A DNA stretch of 64,000 nt from Elusimicrobiota bacterium (GTDB taxonomy: Bacteria; Elusimicrobiota; Elusimicrobia; Elusimicrobiales; Elusimicrobiaceae): positions 2,268 to 66,267 of the forward strand of contig JAEWSL010000010.1 of assembly GCA_023398295.1 (NCBI GenBank), in the 5' to 3' direction. The notes beneath the pieces are model-generated. The model was given only the letters and a program-made list of their open reading frames with translations. It ran no database searches and was not told the origin of the DNA. Position numbers and translations under genes: made by a program. Positions 8,649 to 17,436 of the stretch are shown here, piece by piece. The first letter of the stretch is position 1. Each line of letters starts with the position of its first letter.

Positions 8649-9541
8649 AAATCCTCCCTGTTTTTACCCGCCTTAGGGTGGGCGGAGTTATAAACTTTTT
8701 TGATGCGGTCCAAAGACACATGCGTGTAAATCTGCGTCGCGCTTAAACTCTTGTGGCCCAGCATTTCCTGCAAACTCTTAAGGTCGCAGCCGTTGTTTAG
8801 CAGATGCGTGGCAAAAGTATGCCGCAGACTGTGCGGCGTGATTTTGCGCGCTAAATTGGTTTTGACGGCGCAGTTTTCAACTATAAGGCGCAAGGCTTCC
8901 CCGCTGAGTCGTAATCCGCGCGAACTCAGAAAAAGCGGCGCGCTTTTGCCCGCGCTTTCCTGCGGCCGCGCGGACAGATATTTTTGCAGAGCCTCTAAAG
9001 CCGCGTCCGTTACGGGAACAAGCCTCTCCCTGCTGCCTTTGCCCAAAACTTTTACTATGCCTTCGCTGAAATTAACGTCACAGATATTAAGGCCCGTTAC
9101 CTCGCTTCGGCGAAGGCCGCTTGAGTACATAAGCTCCAAAAGGGCCTTGTTCCTTTGTTCAAAACGCCCGCCCTGCGGCGCAGTGACAAGTTTTACGGCT
9201 TCCTCTTCGCTTAAAAATTTGGGAAGCAGCTTCTCGCGCTTGGGGGCAGAAATAAATTTGAAAGGGCTTACTTCAACATATCCCCTGTTTGTAAGAAATT
9301 TTGAAAAGCTTCTGAGCGCGCTTATCTTGCGCAGCATTGTGTTGCGCGAAACTTCTTTTGCGTTCTCATACGCTAAATAAGCCCTGATGTTTTGCAGCCT
9401 GAAATCTTTTACTTTAAGCAAACTGCGAAGGGACATAAAAGCCGCAAACTCTTTCAAATCATTTTCATAGGCGCGCAAAGTATGGGCCGATAAATTTCTG
9501 CCTTTAAGAGAAAGCGTAAAATTTTCAATCTGCTTTAACAT
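8645..9541 (-). CDS. xerC: site-specific tyrosine recombinase XerC/XerD family
   Basis: SAM-like N-terminal domain and a catalytic domain with R...HSLRHTFATHLL...LGHKSLSATQIYTHV (R-H-R-Y residues present). 298 aa. Confidence 0.9.
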   Translation of the reverse strand: MLKQIENFTLSLKGRNLSAHTLRAYENDLKEFAAFMSLRSLLKVKDFRLQNIRAYLAYENAKEVSRNTMLRKISALRSFSKFLTNRGYVEVSPFKFISAPKREKLLPKFLSEEEAVKLVTAPQGGRFEQRNKALLELMYSSGLRRSEVTGLNICDVNFSEGIVKVLGKGSRERLVPVTDAALEALQKYLSARPQESAGKSAPLFLSSRGLRLSGEALRLIVENCAVKTNLARKITPHSLRHTFATHLLNNGCDLKSLQEMLGHKSLSATQIYTHVSLDRIKKVYNSAHPKAGKNREDL

Positions 9542-9639
9542 TTTCCACCGCCGTCAAACGGCCGCCTGCGCCCGGAAAAACGCTCATATTTTGCGCGTCC
9601 TCGGCAAAGCATGCCGCGCGCTTTTTGCGCGCGGCGGCC

Positions 9640-11955
9640 TTAAGCCGCTTTTTTTGCGTTTGCCTGTTTAATCTGCTCTATTTCCTCAGGGCTGACTTTA
9701 ACTATATTTTTGCATCTCGGATAGCCAGAGCAACCCAGAAACTCGCCTTTTGCGCTCTTGCGCAAAAGCATGGGTTTGCCGCATTTCTCGCATTTTCTGC
9801 CGCTGTCTAAGGGCCCGCTTGAGGCAATTTTATTGCCCTGCGCGTCAAGAGAAAATGTGTTTTTGCACTTAGGATAAGCCGAGCAGGCTAAAAATTTGCC
9901 TCTTCTGCCCGTTCTTATTACCATAGGGCTGCCGCACTTATCGCAGACTTCGTTTGTCTGCTGCGGGGCCGCGGCCGCTTCCCCGCCGTTTAAGTTTTTC
10001 TTGCCCTTGCACTCGGGATATCTGGCGCAGGCTATGTACTGGCCGAAACGGCTTCTTTTAAGAAGCATAGGTCCGCCGCATATCGGGCATTTTTCGCCTT
10101 CGGCTACGGAAGGCTCGGCCTTTTTCATATTGGCCGAAGCGTTTTGTAAATCGCGGCTGAAACCGTCGTAGAAAGCGCGTATTACGCCCACCCATCCCTG
10201 GGAGCCCTCTGCTATATCGTCAAGTTTCTCCTCAACTCCGGCGGTGTAGGAGAGGTCCATAATATCCTTAAAGAAACTCTTCAGCTGCTCGGTTACGGTA
10301 GAGCCCAGTTCGGTTATAAGCAGCTTATTTGTCTTAGGCTGGCGTTGGGCATATTTCCTGTCAATAATAGTTTTTATCGTAGGCGCGTAGGTGGAAGGAC
10401 GTCCAATGCCGTGCTTTTCCAAAGTTTTAATTAAGCTTGCTTCGTTGTAGTTAGGCGGAGGAGCTGTCTTGTGATCTTTTGTTTCAATATCCAAAAGCTG
10501 AAGCAAATCCCCGGCTTCTAAGGCGGGAAGAAGCGCGCCTGAGGCCTGTTCGTCCTCGGCGTTATCTTCGGCGTCTTCGTCCTGATAGACGGAAAGGTAC
10601 CCGTTAAACTTAACCGTGCGGCCGCTTGCGCGAAGCAGACATTTTTCCGCGCTTTGCGCGCTTATGTCTATTGCCACGGTGTCAAAAACGGCGTCGGCCA
10701 TTTGGGAGGCCACAAAACGCAGCCAGATAAGTTCGTAGAGCCTGTACTGGTCGGCCGTTAAATATTCCTTCACGTTCTGGGGCGTGCGGTAAACGTCGGT
10801 GGGGTGTATGGCTTCGTGGGCTTCCTGCGCGCCTTTTACTTTGCTTTTATAGACGGGCGCGGAGGCGGGAGCAAACTGCAGGCCGTATTTTTCTTTAATA
10901 AACTGAGCCGTTTGCGCTCGCAATTGGGAGGAAACGTTAAAAGAATCCGTTCTCATATAAGTTATCAGACCGACGTTATGGCCGCCTATGTTAACGCCTT
11001 CGTAAAGCGTTTGGGCCACCTGCATGGTCCTCTGGGACTGCATATTTATTTTATTGTAGGCGTCCTGCTGCATAGAGCTGGTGATAAAGGGCGGTTTGGG
11101 ACGTTGGCGAACCTCTTTCTTCTCCACATTTTCAACTTTGAGCGGGCCGCTTCGCAGCAGCGCGTTGACGGGGGCAAGGCTTGCGTTATCCTTAAAGACG
11201 GTGGTTTTAACTTTATAATCTTCGGCGAAGAGTTTATAGGTAAAAGTCTGCTCGGCGGGTTTTGCCTCCCATTTAAGAACGCGGGCGTAGAAAGAGGGTT
11301 TTAAGCCTTGCTTTTCAAGAAGGGCTCTTATGGTCCAATAATTTTCTTCCTTAAAGGAAGCGATTTCCTTTGCGCGCTCGGCCAAAAGGCGGACCGCCAC
11401 AGACTGCACCCTACCCGCGCTTAAGCCGCCGGTGATTTTGCGCCACAAAAGGGGAGAAAGCTTGTAGCCTACTAACCTGTCCAAAACGCGCCTTGCCTGC
11501 TGGGCGTTGACGAGGTTTGCGTCAATATCCCTTGCGTGGGCAAAACTTTCCTGTACGGCAGAAGGCGTAATTTCGTGGAAGAAAATCCTCTTTGTATTTT
11601 CGTCTTTAAGTTTCAGTAATTCTTTTAAGTGCCATGCTATGGCTTCCCCTTCGCGGTCAGGGTCAGTGGCAAGATAAACGAAATCGGCTTTTTTAAGCGT
11701 TTCTTTAAGTTCGTTTATTATCTTTGGCTTTCCGCTTGCGACATAGGTGGGTTTGAAGTCGTTGTTTTCGTCAACGCCGATTTCCTTTGAAGGCAGATCG
11801 CGCACGTGGCCGAAGGAACTTTTGACTATATATCCTTCCCCCAAAATCTTGCTTATTGTTTTTTGTTTCGTGGGAGATTCTACTATAACAAGTTTTTTAC
11901 CGTCCGAAGATGCGGATTTTTTTATTTCTTTTTTTTCTGTTTTTTTGGTTGTCAT
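9640..11955 (-). CDS. topA: DNA topoisomerase I
   Basis: TOPRIM region (LVIVESPTKQKTI...DPDREGEAIAWH), the type IA core, and three C-terminal CxxC...C..C zinc ribbons. I prefer the ATG at 11955 (AAGGA RBS 7 nt upstream) over the ORF-track start at 11982. Confidence 0.95.
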   Translation of the reverse strand: MTTKKTEKKEIKKSASSDGKKLVIVESPTKQKTISKILGEGYIVKSSFGHVRDLPSKEIGVDENNDFKPTYVASGKPKIINELKETLKKADFVYLATDPDREGEAIAWHLKELLKLKDENTKRIFFHEITPSAVQESFAHARDIDANLVNAQQARRVLDRLVGYKLSPLLWRKITGGLSAGRVQSVAVRLLAERAKEIASFKEENYWTIRALLEKQGLKPSFYARVLKWEAKPAEQTFTYKLFAEDYKVKTTVFKDNASLAPVNALLRSGPLKVENVEKKEVRQRPKPPFITSSMQQDAYNKINMQSQRTMQVAQTLYEGVNIGGHNVGLITYMRTDSFNVSSQLRAQTAQFIKEKYGLQFAPASAPVYKSKVKGAQEAHEAIHPTDVYRTPQNVKEYLTADQYRLYELIWLRFVASQMADAVFDTVAIDISAQSAEKCLLRASGRTVKFNGYLSVYQDEDAEDNAEDEQASGALLPALEAGDLLQLLDIETKDHKTAPPPNYNEASLIKTLEKHGIGRPSTYAPTIKTIIDRKYAQRQPKTNKLLITELGSTVTEQLKSFFKDIMDLSYTAGVEEKLDDIAEGSQGWVGVIRAFYDGFSRDLQNASANMKKAEPSVAEGEKCPICGGPMLLKRSRFGQYIACARYPECKGKKNLNGGEAAAAPQQTNEVCDKCGSPMVIRTGRRGKFLACSAYPKCKNTFSLDAQGNKIASSGPLDSGRKCEKCGKPMLLRKSAKGEFLGCSGYPRCKNIVKVSPEEIEQIKQANAKKAA

Positions 11956-11996
11956 TTTTATATCCTTGCTTAAACGCTGCAATGCTTAAAATAAAA

Positions 11997-13118
11997 TTAA
12001 AATTTGGAACGGAAGTATTTGCCGTCGCGGCACTGCACAAAACCGCTTACCTCCAAGTTAAATAAAACGCCCGCGCTTTGGCTTACGTCCAAAGAAAGGC
12101 CGAAGGCCACGTCGTCTAAAGTTTTGCTGCCATCGCCTATGGCGGAGAGCACTTTTTGCTCAAGCTCAGTCAGATTTTCCGCGCCGCTTTTTTCTTTATT
12201 TTCAATCTCGCGGACGCAAAGTTTCATCTTTAACTCCAAAGGCAAAGCGTCAATAATGTCCTGCGCGCCCAGCGCCATGGCCGCGCCCTGCCTTATAAGA
12301 TTGTTTGTCCCGCCGCTCTGCGGGCTGTCTATGGGCCCCGGCACCGACATCACGTCAAGCCCCTGCTCCAAAGCCATCTTGGCGGTAATTAAGGCGCCGC
12401 TTTTTAATTCTCCTTCTATTACTACGACCAATTTTGAAAGCGCAGCTATAAGCCTGTTGCGGCGCGGAAAATGCTGCGCAAGCGGCGGCGCGTCAAAAGG
12501 CAGTTCGGAAATTATAGCCCCGCCATTATCCAAAATAGCGCGCGCAAGGTCGCGGTTCTCAGACGGGTAACAACGGCCTATGCCCGTTCCCACCAGCGCC
12601 CAAGTCGGCTTTTTATTCTTTACGGCCTGGGAGTGGGCTATGCTGTCTACCCCTCTTGCAAGGCCGCTTACCAAAGTAACGCCGGCCTGCGCCAAATCGT
12701 CCGCCAGTTTTGCCGTAACGCGCCTGCCGTAAGGCGTAACTTTGCGCGTGCCGACCATAGCCACGCTTACCGCATTTTCAAAATCAAAAACGCCGCGGAC
12801 ATATAAAGCCAAAGGCGGCTCTTTGATATCCAAAAGCGCGGGAGGATAAGTTTCCTCGTCCTTAAATAAAATCCGGCCGCCGCATTTTTGCGTTTTTTCA
12901 AATTCCGCCTCGGCGTCTAAAGCGTTGCAGGCGGCAAGGAATTTTTTTGCCGTTTCAAGCGTTATTTTGCCCTCTTCGCTAAGCGTTTGGGCGTCCTGCT
13001 CCAGAATGTTTTGCCCCGTGCCGAAAATATCCATAATGCGCACAAGCCAGTCCGCCCTCAGATAACTGAAAGAATTTATTTTAAGACGGGCAAGCCTTTC
13101 TTTATCGCTGAAAAACAT
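11997..13118 (-). CDS. dprA: DNA-processing protein DprA (Smf)
   Basis: Rossmann-like DprA core (VAMVGTRKVTPYG, VSGLARGVDSIAH, GALITA) plus a C-terminal winged-helix-like tail. I prefer the ATG at 13118 (GAGAGGTAAGA RBS) over 13151. Confidence 0.9.
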   Translation of the reverse strand: MFFSDKERLARLKINSFSYLRADWLVRIMDIFGTGQNILEQDAQTLSEEGKITLETAKKFLAACNALDAEAEFEKTQKCGGRILFKDEETYPPALLDIKEPPLALYVRGVFDFENAVSVAMVGTRKVTPYGRRVTAKLADDLAQAGVTLVSGLARGVDSIAHSQAVKNKKPTWALVGTGIGRCYPSENRDLARAILDNGGAIISELPFDAPPLAQHFPRRNRLIAALSKLVVVIEGELKSGALITAKMALEQGLDVMSVPGPIDSPQSGGTNNLIRQGAAMALGAQDIIDALPLELKMKLCVREIENKEKSGAENLTELEQKVLSAIGDGSKTLDDVAFGLSLDVSQSAGVLFNLEVSGFVQCRDGKYFRSKF

Positions 13119-13203
13119 TCTTACCTCTCGCTCAATTTTACTGAAAAACAAAAACTAAATCCGCCTTGCGCAAAACTGCAGGCCGCCGCAGCCCCCGCCG
13201 ACG

Positions 13204-14745
13204 TTAAATGTCGCTGACGCCTTTTCTGTCCAGCGGGCGGTACTGCATAACTTCTATAATATGCTCCCTTTTTATTTGAGAGCTGCCTTCCAAATCGGCT
13301 ATGGTGCGGGCGGTTTTCAAAATCTTATCAAGGCTGCGGGCCGATAAGCCCAGCTTTTTCATCGCAAGCTCCAAAATCTCCCCGCCGCCTTCGGGCAGAG
13401 GGCAAAATTCTTTTATCTCCTTTACCGTCATAAAAGCGTTGGCGGTCGTAGGACCGTTTTTGAAACGCTCTTTTTGCATCTGACGCGCTTTTATAACGCG
13501 GGTTCTTATCTGCGCGCTTGTTTCGCCCTCGCTTTTTTTATTCCAGTCTTTATAGTCCACGGGGTTTAAGTTTACCGTTAAGTCAATCCTGTCCAAAAGC
13601 GGCCCAGATATTTTTGACTTATATCTGCTTATCTGCAAAGGCGTGCAATTGCAAGTCTTTATATTATGCCCGTGATAGCCGCACGGACAGGGGTTCATAG
13701 CCGCAATCAAAGTAAATTTAGACGGATACGTAAGCGTATCTTTTGCGCGCGCAATCGTAACGCGGAAAGTTTCAAGCGGCTCGCGCAAAACTTCCAGGGA
13801 CTGGCGCGAAAATTCGGCAAATTCGTCTAAGAATAACACTCCGTTATGCGCAAGGCTTACTTCGCCCGGACGCGGCGTCTGCCCGCCGCCGATTAAAGCT
13901 ATGTTTGAAATCGTATGATGCGGATCCCTAAACGGTCGCTTAAGAGAAGCAAAGTTCTTGCCCAAAAGCCTGCAGACGGAATAAATCTGCAAAATATCCA
14001 AAGCCTCTCCCTTACTTAAAGGCGGCAGTATGCCGCAAAAACGCTTTGCAAGCATGCTTTTACCAGTGCCCGGAGGCCCCATTAAAAGCACATTATGGCC
14101 GCCTGCGGCGGCTATCTCAAGCGCGCGCTTTGCCAAAGCCTGGCCTTTCACTTCGCTGAAATCTCCTTCTACAACTTCTTCAAAAAGCGTTTGATCTTCT
14201 GGAGCGCCTTCTTCGGCTTCTGGCGTTTTGCCTTCAAGAACTTCAACGGCTTCTTTCAAAGAGCTTGCGCAAAAGCCTTCGCTTTGCGCATAATAAATTT
14301 CCTGCCTGTTTTGGCGCGGCACTACGCACTTGAAAGCCTTGCCCGCCTTTTTAAGGCATATAAGCATAGGCAAAACGCCCGCACATCCGTGCAGTTTACC
14401 ATTTAAGCCAAGCTCGCCTATGAAAACAAAATCTTTCAGCGCGGCACGCGCCGCGGGGCTAATTTGCTCTGTCGCGCAAAGAAGGCCAAGAGCAATGGGC
14501 AAATCAAAATGAGTGCCGCTTTTTTTAACTTCCGCCGGGACTAAATTTACCGTTATTTTCTTAGACGGCACGTCAAAGCCGCTGTTTTTTACGGCGGCAA
14601 CGACGCGGTCTTTTGCTTCTTTTACTTCCTGTTCGGGCAGCCCCACTATGCTTAAAGAAGGCAGGCCCGGCGAAACGTCCACTTCAACGGTAACCAAAAA
14701 GCCTTCTATCCCTTTTATGCAGCTTGAGTTAATGTTTGCAAGCAT
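13204..14745 (-). CDS. comM: YifB/ComM family Mg-chelatase-like ATPase
   Basis: Lon-protease-like N-terminal domain, an AAA+ core (LLMGPPGTGKSMLAKR, VLFLDEFAEF), a zinc-ribbon insert (CPCGYHGH...CNC) and the C-terminal ChlI-like domain. Confidence 0.9.
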   Translation of the reverse strand: MLANINSSCIKGIEGFLVTVEVDVSPGLPSLSIVGLPEQEVKEAKDRVVAAVKNSGFDVPSKKITVNLVPAEVKKSGTHFDLPIALGLLCATEQISPAARAALKDFVFIGELGLNGKLHGCAGVLPMLICLKKAGKAFKCVVPRQNRQEIYYAQSEGFCASSLKEAVEVLEGKTPEAEEGAPEDQTLFEEVVEGDFSEVKGQALAKRALEIAAAGGHNVLLMGPPGTGKSMLAKRFCGILPPLSKGEALDILQIYSVCRLLGKNFASLKRPFRDPHHTISNIALIGGGQTPRPGEVSLAHNGVLFLDEFAEFSRQSLEVLREPLETFRVTIARAKDTLTYPSKFTLIAAMNPCPCGYHGHNIKTCNCTPLQISRYKSKISGPLLDRIDLTVNLNPVDYKDWNKKSEGETSAQIRTRVIKARQMQKERFKNGPTTANAFMTVKEIKEFCPLPEGGGEILELAMKKLGLSARSLDKILKTARTIADLEGSSQIKREHIIEVMQYRPLDRKGVSDI

Positions 14746-14783
14746 ATATAAGCCCCGAATTTAGCGCGCCTTCCTCATATTTT

Positions 14784-14817
14784 GCGCCGCGGCGGTTTTG
14801 TTTACACGCCGCGGCGC
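14784..14817 (-). other. GC-rich stem-loop between the lipoprotein gene and comM
   Basis: GCGCCGCGGCG-12 nt-CGCCGCGGCGC is a perfect 11-bp all-GC stem. There is no U-tract after it on the transcribed (minus) strand, so it is not a classical terminator. It may be an intercistronic stabiliser or attenuator. Confidence 0.35.
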
Positions 14818-14832
14818 GCGGCAAAAAACAAA

Positions 14833-15936
14833 TCAGATAAACAAAAGCTCAACGGAATCGGGCCCTGTTGCCACTATCGTAAAATTGGCGTAATACTTGC
14901 GTAAAATTTTAGCGGAAAATTCTTCCGAAGTGGAAATATTAGCCTGCACTTCAAAAGTGGCGGCGGAATTGCTGTATTTTACCAGGGAAAAATCTTCAAC
15001 TTCCCTCAGTTCGCGCAAAATGCTTTGAAGACGCTCCAGTCTTTCAACGGTATTTACGTCTTTTACTACAAAAGTGTAAGTCTTGGCGGAATTAACGGCG
15101 GAGTCTATGCTTTCCGCCACTTGTTTTGCGCTGTCTTCGCAGGCCGAGGAAAACGCCTTTTGCAAAGCTATATCCTCCACGGCGTCAAGCCCGCTTTGAC
15201 TTGAAGAGCTTTCCGCTATCACCTGATAATTGTTGACGGAAATTACCCTTAAATGCACGGACGCTCTCATAGGTTTGAAGGAAGAAGCAAAACGCTCCGC
15301 GTTTTCTATGGGAGAGGCGGAAGCTTCCGCCACGATAACAAAACGCGCGCCTTCTTTTTTTGCTTTATCTACCAAAGGCGTAGTATTGTCCAGATTATTT
15401 TGACTTAAATTGCCGCCGTCAAAAAGCGTATATGGATAATTCTTAAGGGCTTTATAAATGCCCTGGCGGCAATATTGTTTAAGGTAAACCTCATTGTTAA
15501 AAGTATCGCGCGAGGCTACCAAAATATTGGTCTTTCTGACAAAAGAACTGTCTTCCAGGGATTTTATCCTGGACGCCAAATCGCTCACCAGCACCATAAC
15601 GCGCGCTTCCAGATAGTATTTATCGCCTTTTCTGTAAGCGGTGTTTATATAGGCTTTTCTGACATAATTTTCGTACTTGGCCAAAATTTCCTGCTGGACT
15701 TCCTGCGGATACGCTACCTGGCTGGAAGAAGATAAAAACACCTTTACCGCATGTTCAACGGCATTATACTCGGCCTTTTGCATGGCAAGTTTTTTTATCG
15801 CCGAAGTATTGCCGTCCTGCCAGTCAACGGTGGCCGTGCCTATCACATACTCGCCCTCGCCTTTAGGGCCTATATTAAATCTTTGGCAGGCGCAAAGCAA
15901 AGCGACCGCGGCAAAGCACAAAAGAAGTTTTTTCAT
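14833..15936 (-). CDS. hypothetical lipoprotein (third gene of the P/Q-rich protein / DnaA-like ATPase module)
   Basis: MKKLLLCFAAVALLCAC is a lipobox with a Cys at the cleavage site. GGAGG RBS 8 nt upstream of the ATG at 15936 (the ORF track starts at 15957). The N-terminal part (GTATVDWQDGNTSAIKKLAMQKAEYNAVEHAV) is weakly LPP20/FlgT-like. No firm family assignment. Confidence 0.6.
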   Translation of the reverse strand: MKKLLLCFAAVALLCACQRFNIGPKGEGEYVIGTATVDWQDGNTSAIKKLAMQKAEYNAVEHAVKVFLSSSSQVAYPQEVQQEILAKYENYVRKAYINTAYRKGDKYYLEARVMVLVSDLASRIKSLEDSSFVRKTNILVASRDTFNNEVYLKQYCRQGIYKALKNYPYTLFDGGNLSQNNLDNTTPLVDKAKKEGARFVIVAEASASPIENAERFASSFKPMRASVHLRVISVNNYQVIAESSSSQSGLDAVEDIALQKAFSSACEDSAKQVAESIDSAVNSAKTYTFVVKDVNTVERLERLQSILRELREVEDFSLVKYSNSAATFEVQANISTSEEFSAKILRKYYANFTIVATGPDSVELLFI

Positions 15937-15975
15937 CAGTTTTATCCTCCGCCCCAAAAGGGCTTGTTTAAGCTT

Positions 15976-17391
15976 TTATCTGAGCACGTCGCCCAAAAGT
16001 TTTGTGTAAGACGACGGACGTTTAATCGTTTCCGGATCAATAATGGCGCAGCGTATCATCATAACCTCAAGCATATGCGTCAAAATATCATAGAAATTTT
16101 CCCTTATGGCGGGGGCAATGCCGACGCCGCTTGGGCCTAAAATAATCGCGCCTTTTAAGTTTTTATCGTCGCAGATATTGGCTATCTTAAAAGCCGCCGA
16201 AATAAGGTGATTCGTGGAGTAGGAGGATTTAAGCGTAAAGCGAAATCCGCCCTTTATGCCAAGCTCTTTGGCCCTCTCAATAATAGCAAAGGCAACCCAG
16301 TTTAACTTATCGGTATTATCCTGAGGGAAAAAGAAGCCGAAACGTCCCCAGTCAGTCCCCAGAGGGCGCGGAAGCGTCAGCACTTCTTTTACATCTTTGG
16401 TAACAATTTTGCTTCTGGAATCGTCGGTCATGCCGAGCATCTCCCCCAAAAGCTGGTCGTATCCGGGGGAGCTTACGCCGCTGTCAATTATCTTGCGGTT
16501 AAGCACTTTTACCCTGCGGATATTGCGCGCCACAGTGCCCAAATTTATGCCCGTCCCGCCGAAATAACTTTGCGTCTGCGTATCAGATAAACTGAGTTCG
16601 GCGTCAAAAACCATTTTGCTGTAAATCTTTGCAAGCCGCTGCGGACGCGGGGGTTTCATCTCCGATACCCAGCCCTGATCCAAACGGAAATTTACAAGCT
16701 CTTCAAAACGCGCCAGACTCTCGGGCGGATATTTGGAGGATATTATTATCTGCCTCTTCTCCTTCAAAAACCGGTTCAGAAGGTTTGAAATAAATTCCCT
16801 GTTATGATCGTTTACGGCGGTCAGATGTATATCGTCAATAATAAGCACTTCGGCATTATTAAAGAACTTTTCAAGTTTATCAATTTGCCCTTCTTCCACA
16901 AACCTCTGCACCCCGCGCGAAAAGCGCACGCCGTTTGTTATAAGTATGCGGTCCTGCGGCACTTTTTTGGAAAGGTCGTAACCCAAAGCGTTAAGAAAAT
17001 GGGTTTTGCCGGTGCCCGTATCGCCGTAGATAAAAAACGGGTTGTAAAGAGAACCTACGTTTTCACACAAAGACATCGCCGCCGCGTGAGAAAACCTGTT
17101 TGAGGCCATATCCATATTTTCAAAAGTAAATGTGGGGACAAGAGGAATTTCTATTGACCAGTTGTTTTTTTTGTAAACCTGCACGGCAGGGATATTTATA
17201 GTGTGGTCAAGGGAAGAATCCTCCGGCGTTTGGGCCGCGCGTTTTTCCTGATAGCGCTTGGGGCTTAGGGGCGTCGCCTTTTGCGGCGAAGACTGCTCTT
17301 GCTCAGGCCGCTTATCCTGCGGGGCCTGCTTCAACGCTTCACGCTGGGCGGTATAATCTACCATTTCATTTTCGTCATTATCTTGTATCAT
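15976..17391 (-). CDS. DnaA-type AAA+ ATPase paralog lacking DnaA domain IV, with an unrecognised C-terminal domain
   Basis: TFENMDMASNRFSHAAA, Walker A FIYGDTGTGKTHFLNALG, Walker B VLIIDDIHL, IIISSKYPPESL and MKPPRPQRLAKIY run parallel to DnaA/Hda domain III. There is no domain IV HTH. About 170 aa of unassigned sequence follow, and the N-terminal ~90 aa are disordered. AAGAGGA RBS. Confidence 0.7.
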   Translation of the reverse strand: MIQDNDENEMVDYTAQREALKQAPQDKRPEQEQSSPQKATPLSPKRYQEKRAAQTPEDSSLDHTINIPAVQVYKKNNWSIEIPLVPTFTFENMDMASNRFSHAAAMSLCENVGSLYNPFFIYGDTGTGKTHFLNALGYDLSKKVPQDRILITNGVRFSRGVQRFVEEGQIDKLEKFFNNAEVLIIDDIHLTAVNDHNREFISNLLNRFLKEKRQIIISSKYPPESLARFEELVNFRLDQGWVSEMKPPRPQRLAKIYSKMVFDAELSLSDTQTQSYFGGTGINLGTVARNIRRVKVLNRKIIDSGVSSPGYDQLLGEMLGMTDDSRSKIVTKDVKEVLTLPRPLGTDWGRFGFFFPQDNTDKLNWVAFAIIERAKELGIKGGFRFTLKSSYSTNHLISAAFKIANICDDKNLKGAIILGPSGVGIAPAIRENFYDILTHMLEVMMIRCAIIDPETIKRPSSYTKLLGDVLR

Positions 17392-17436
17392 ATATGTCCT
17401 CTTAACGCTTATTTTTCATTGCCGTCCAATTTTTAT

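Noticed and set aside
8645-9541. The tyrosine recombinase as a marker of an integrated mobile element or prophage
   Set aside because: It has the XerC/XerD architecture and size. It overlaps the glucokinase gene by 4 nt within a long housekeeping string next to topA. I saw no flanking direct repeats, phage genes or tRNA junction.
9613-9636. GCCGCGCGC-ttttt-GCGCGCGGC hairpin just beyond the topA stop as a terminator
   Set aside because: On the transcribed (minus) strand it is followed by ATGCTTTGCC rather than a U-tract, and xerC follows 98 nt later on the same strand. It may be a structural element, but I cannot support a terminator call.
12004-12570. Long antisense ORFs opposite well-supported genes (e.g. 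12004-12570, 8751-9380, 21243-21755, 29149-29829, 43357-43980, 44072-44767, 52578-53129, 37915-38463)
   Set aside because: Each is fully embedded opposite a gene with clear family motifs. Each lacks an RBS and gives a low-complexity or Ser/Ala/Arg-biased translation typical of the reverse frames of coding DNA.
15976-17391. The DnaA-like gene as the true replication initiator marking oriC
   Set aside because: It lacks the domain IV DNA-binding fold and a DnaA domain I. dnaN, recF and gyrB are not nearby. I found only isolated TTATCCAC-like words (for example inside hpf), with no intergenic cluster or AT-rich unwinding element next to it.
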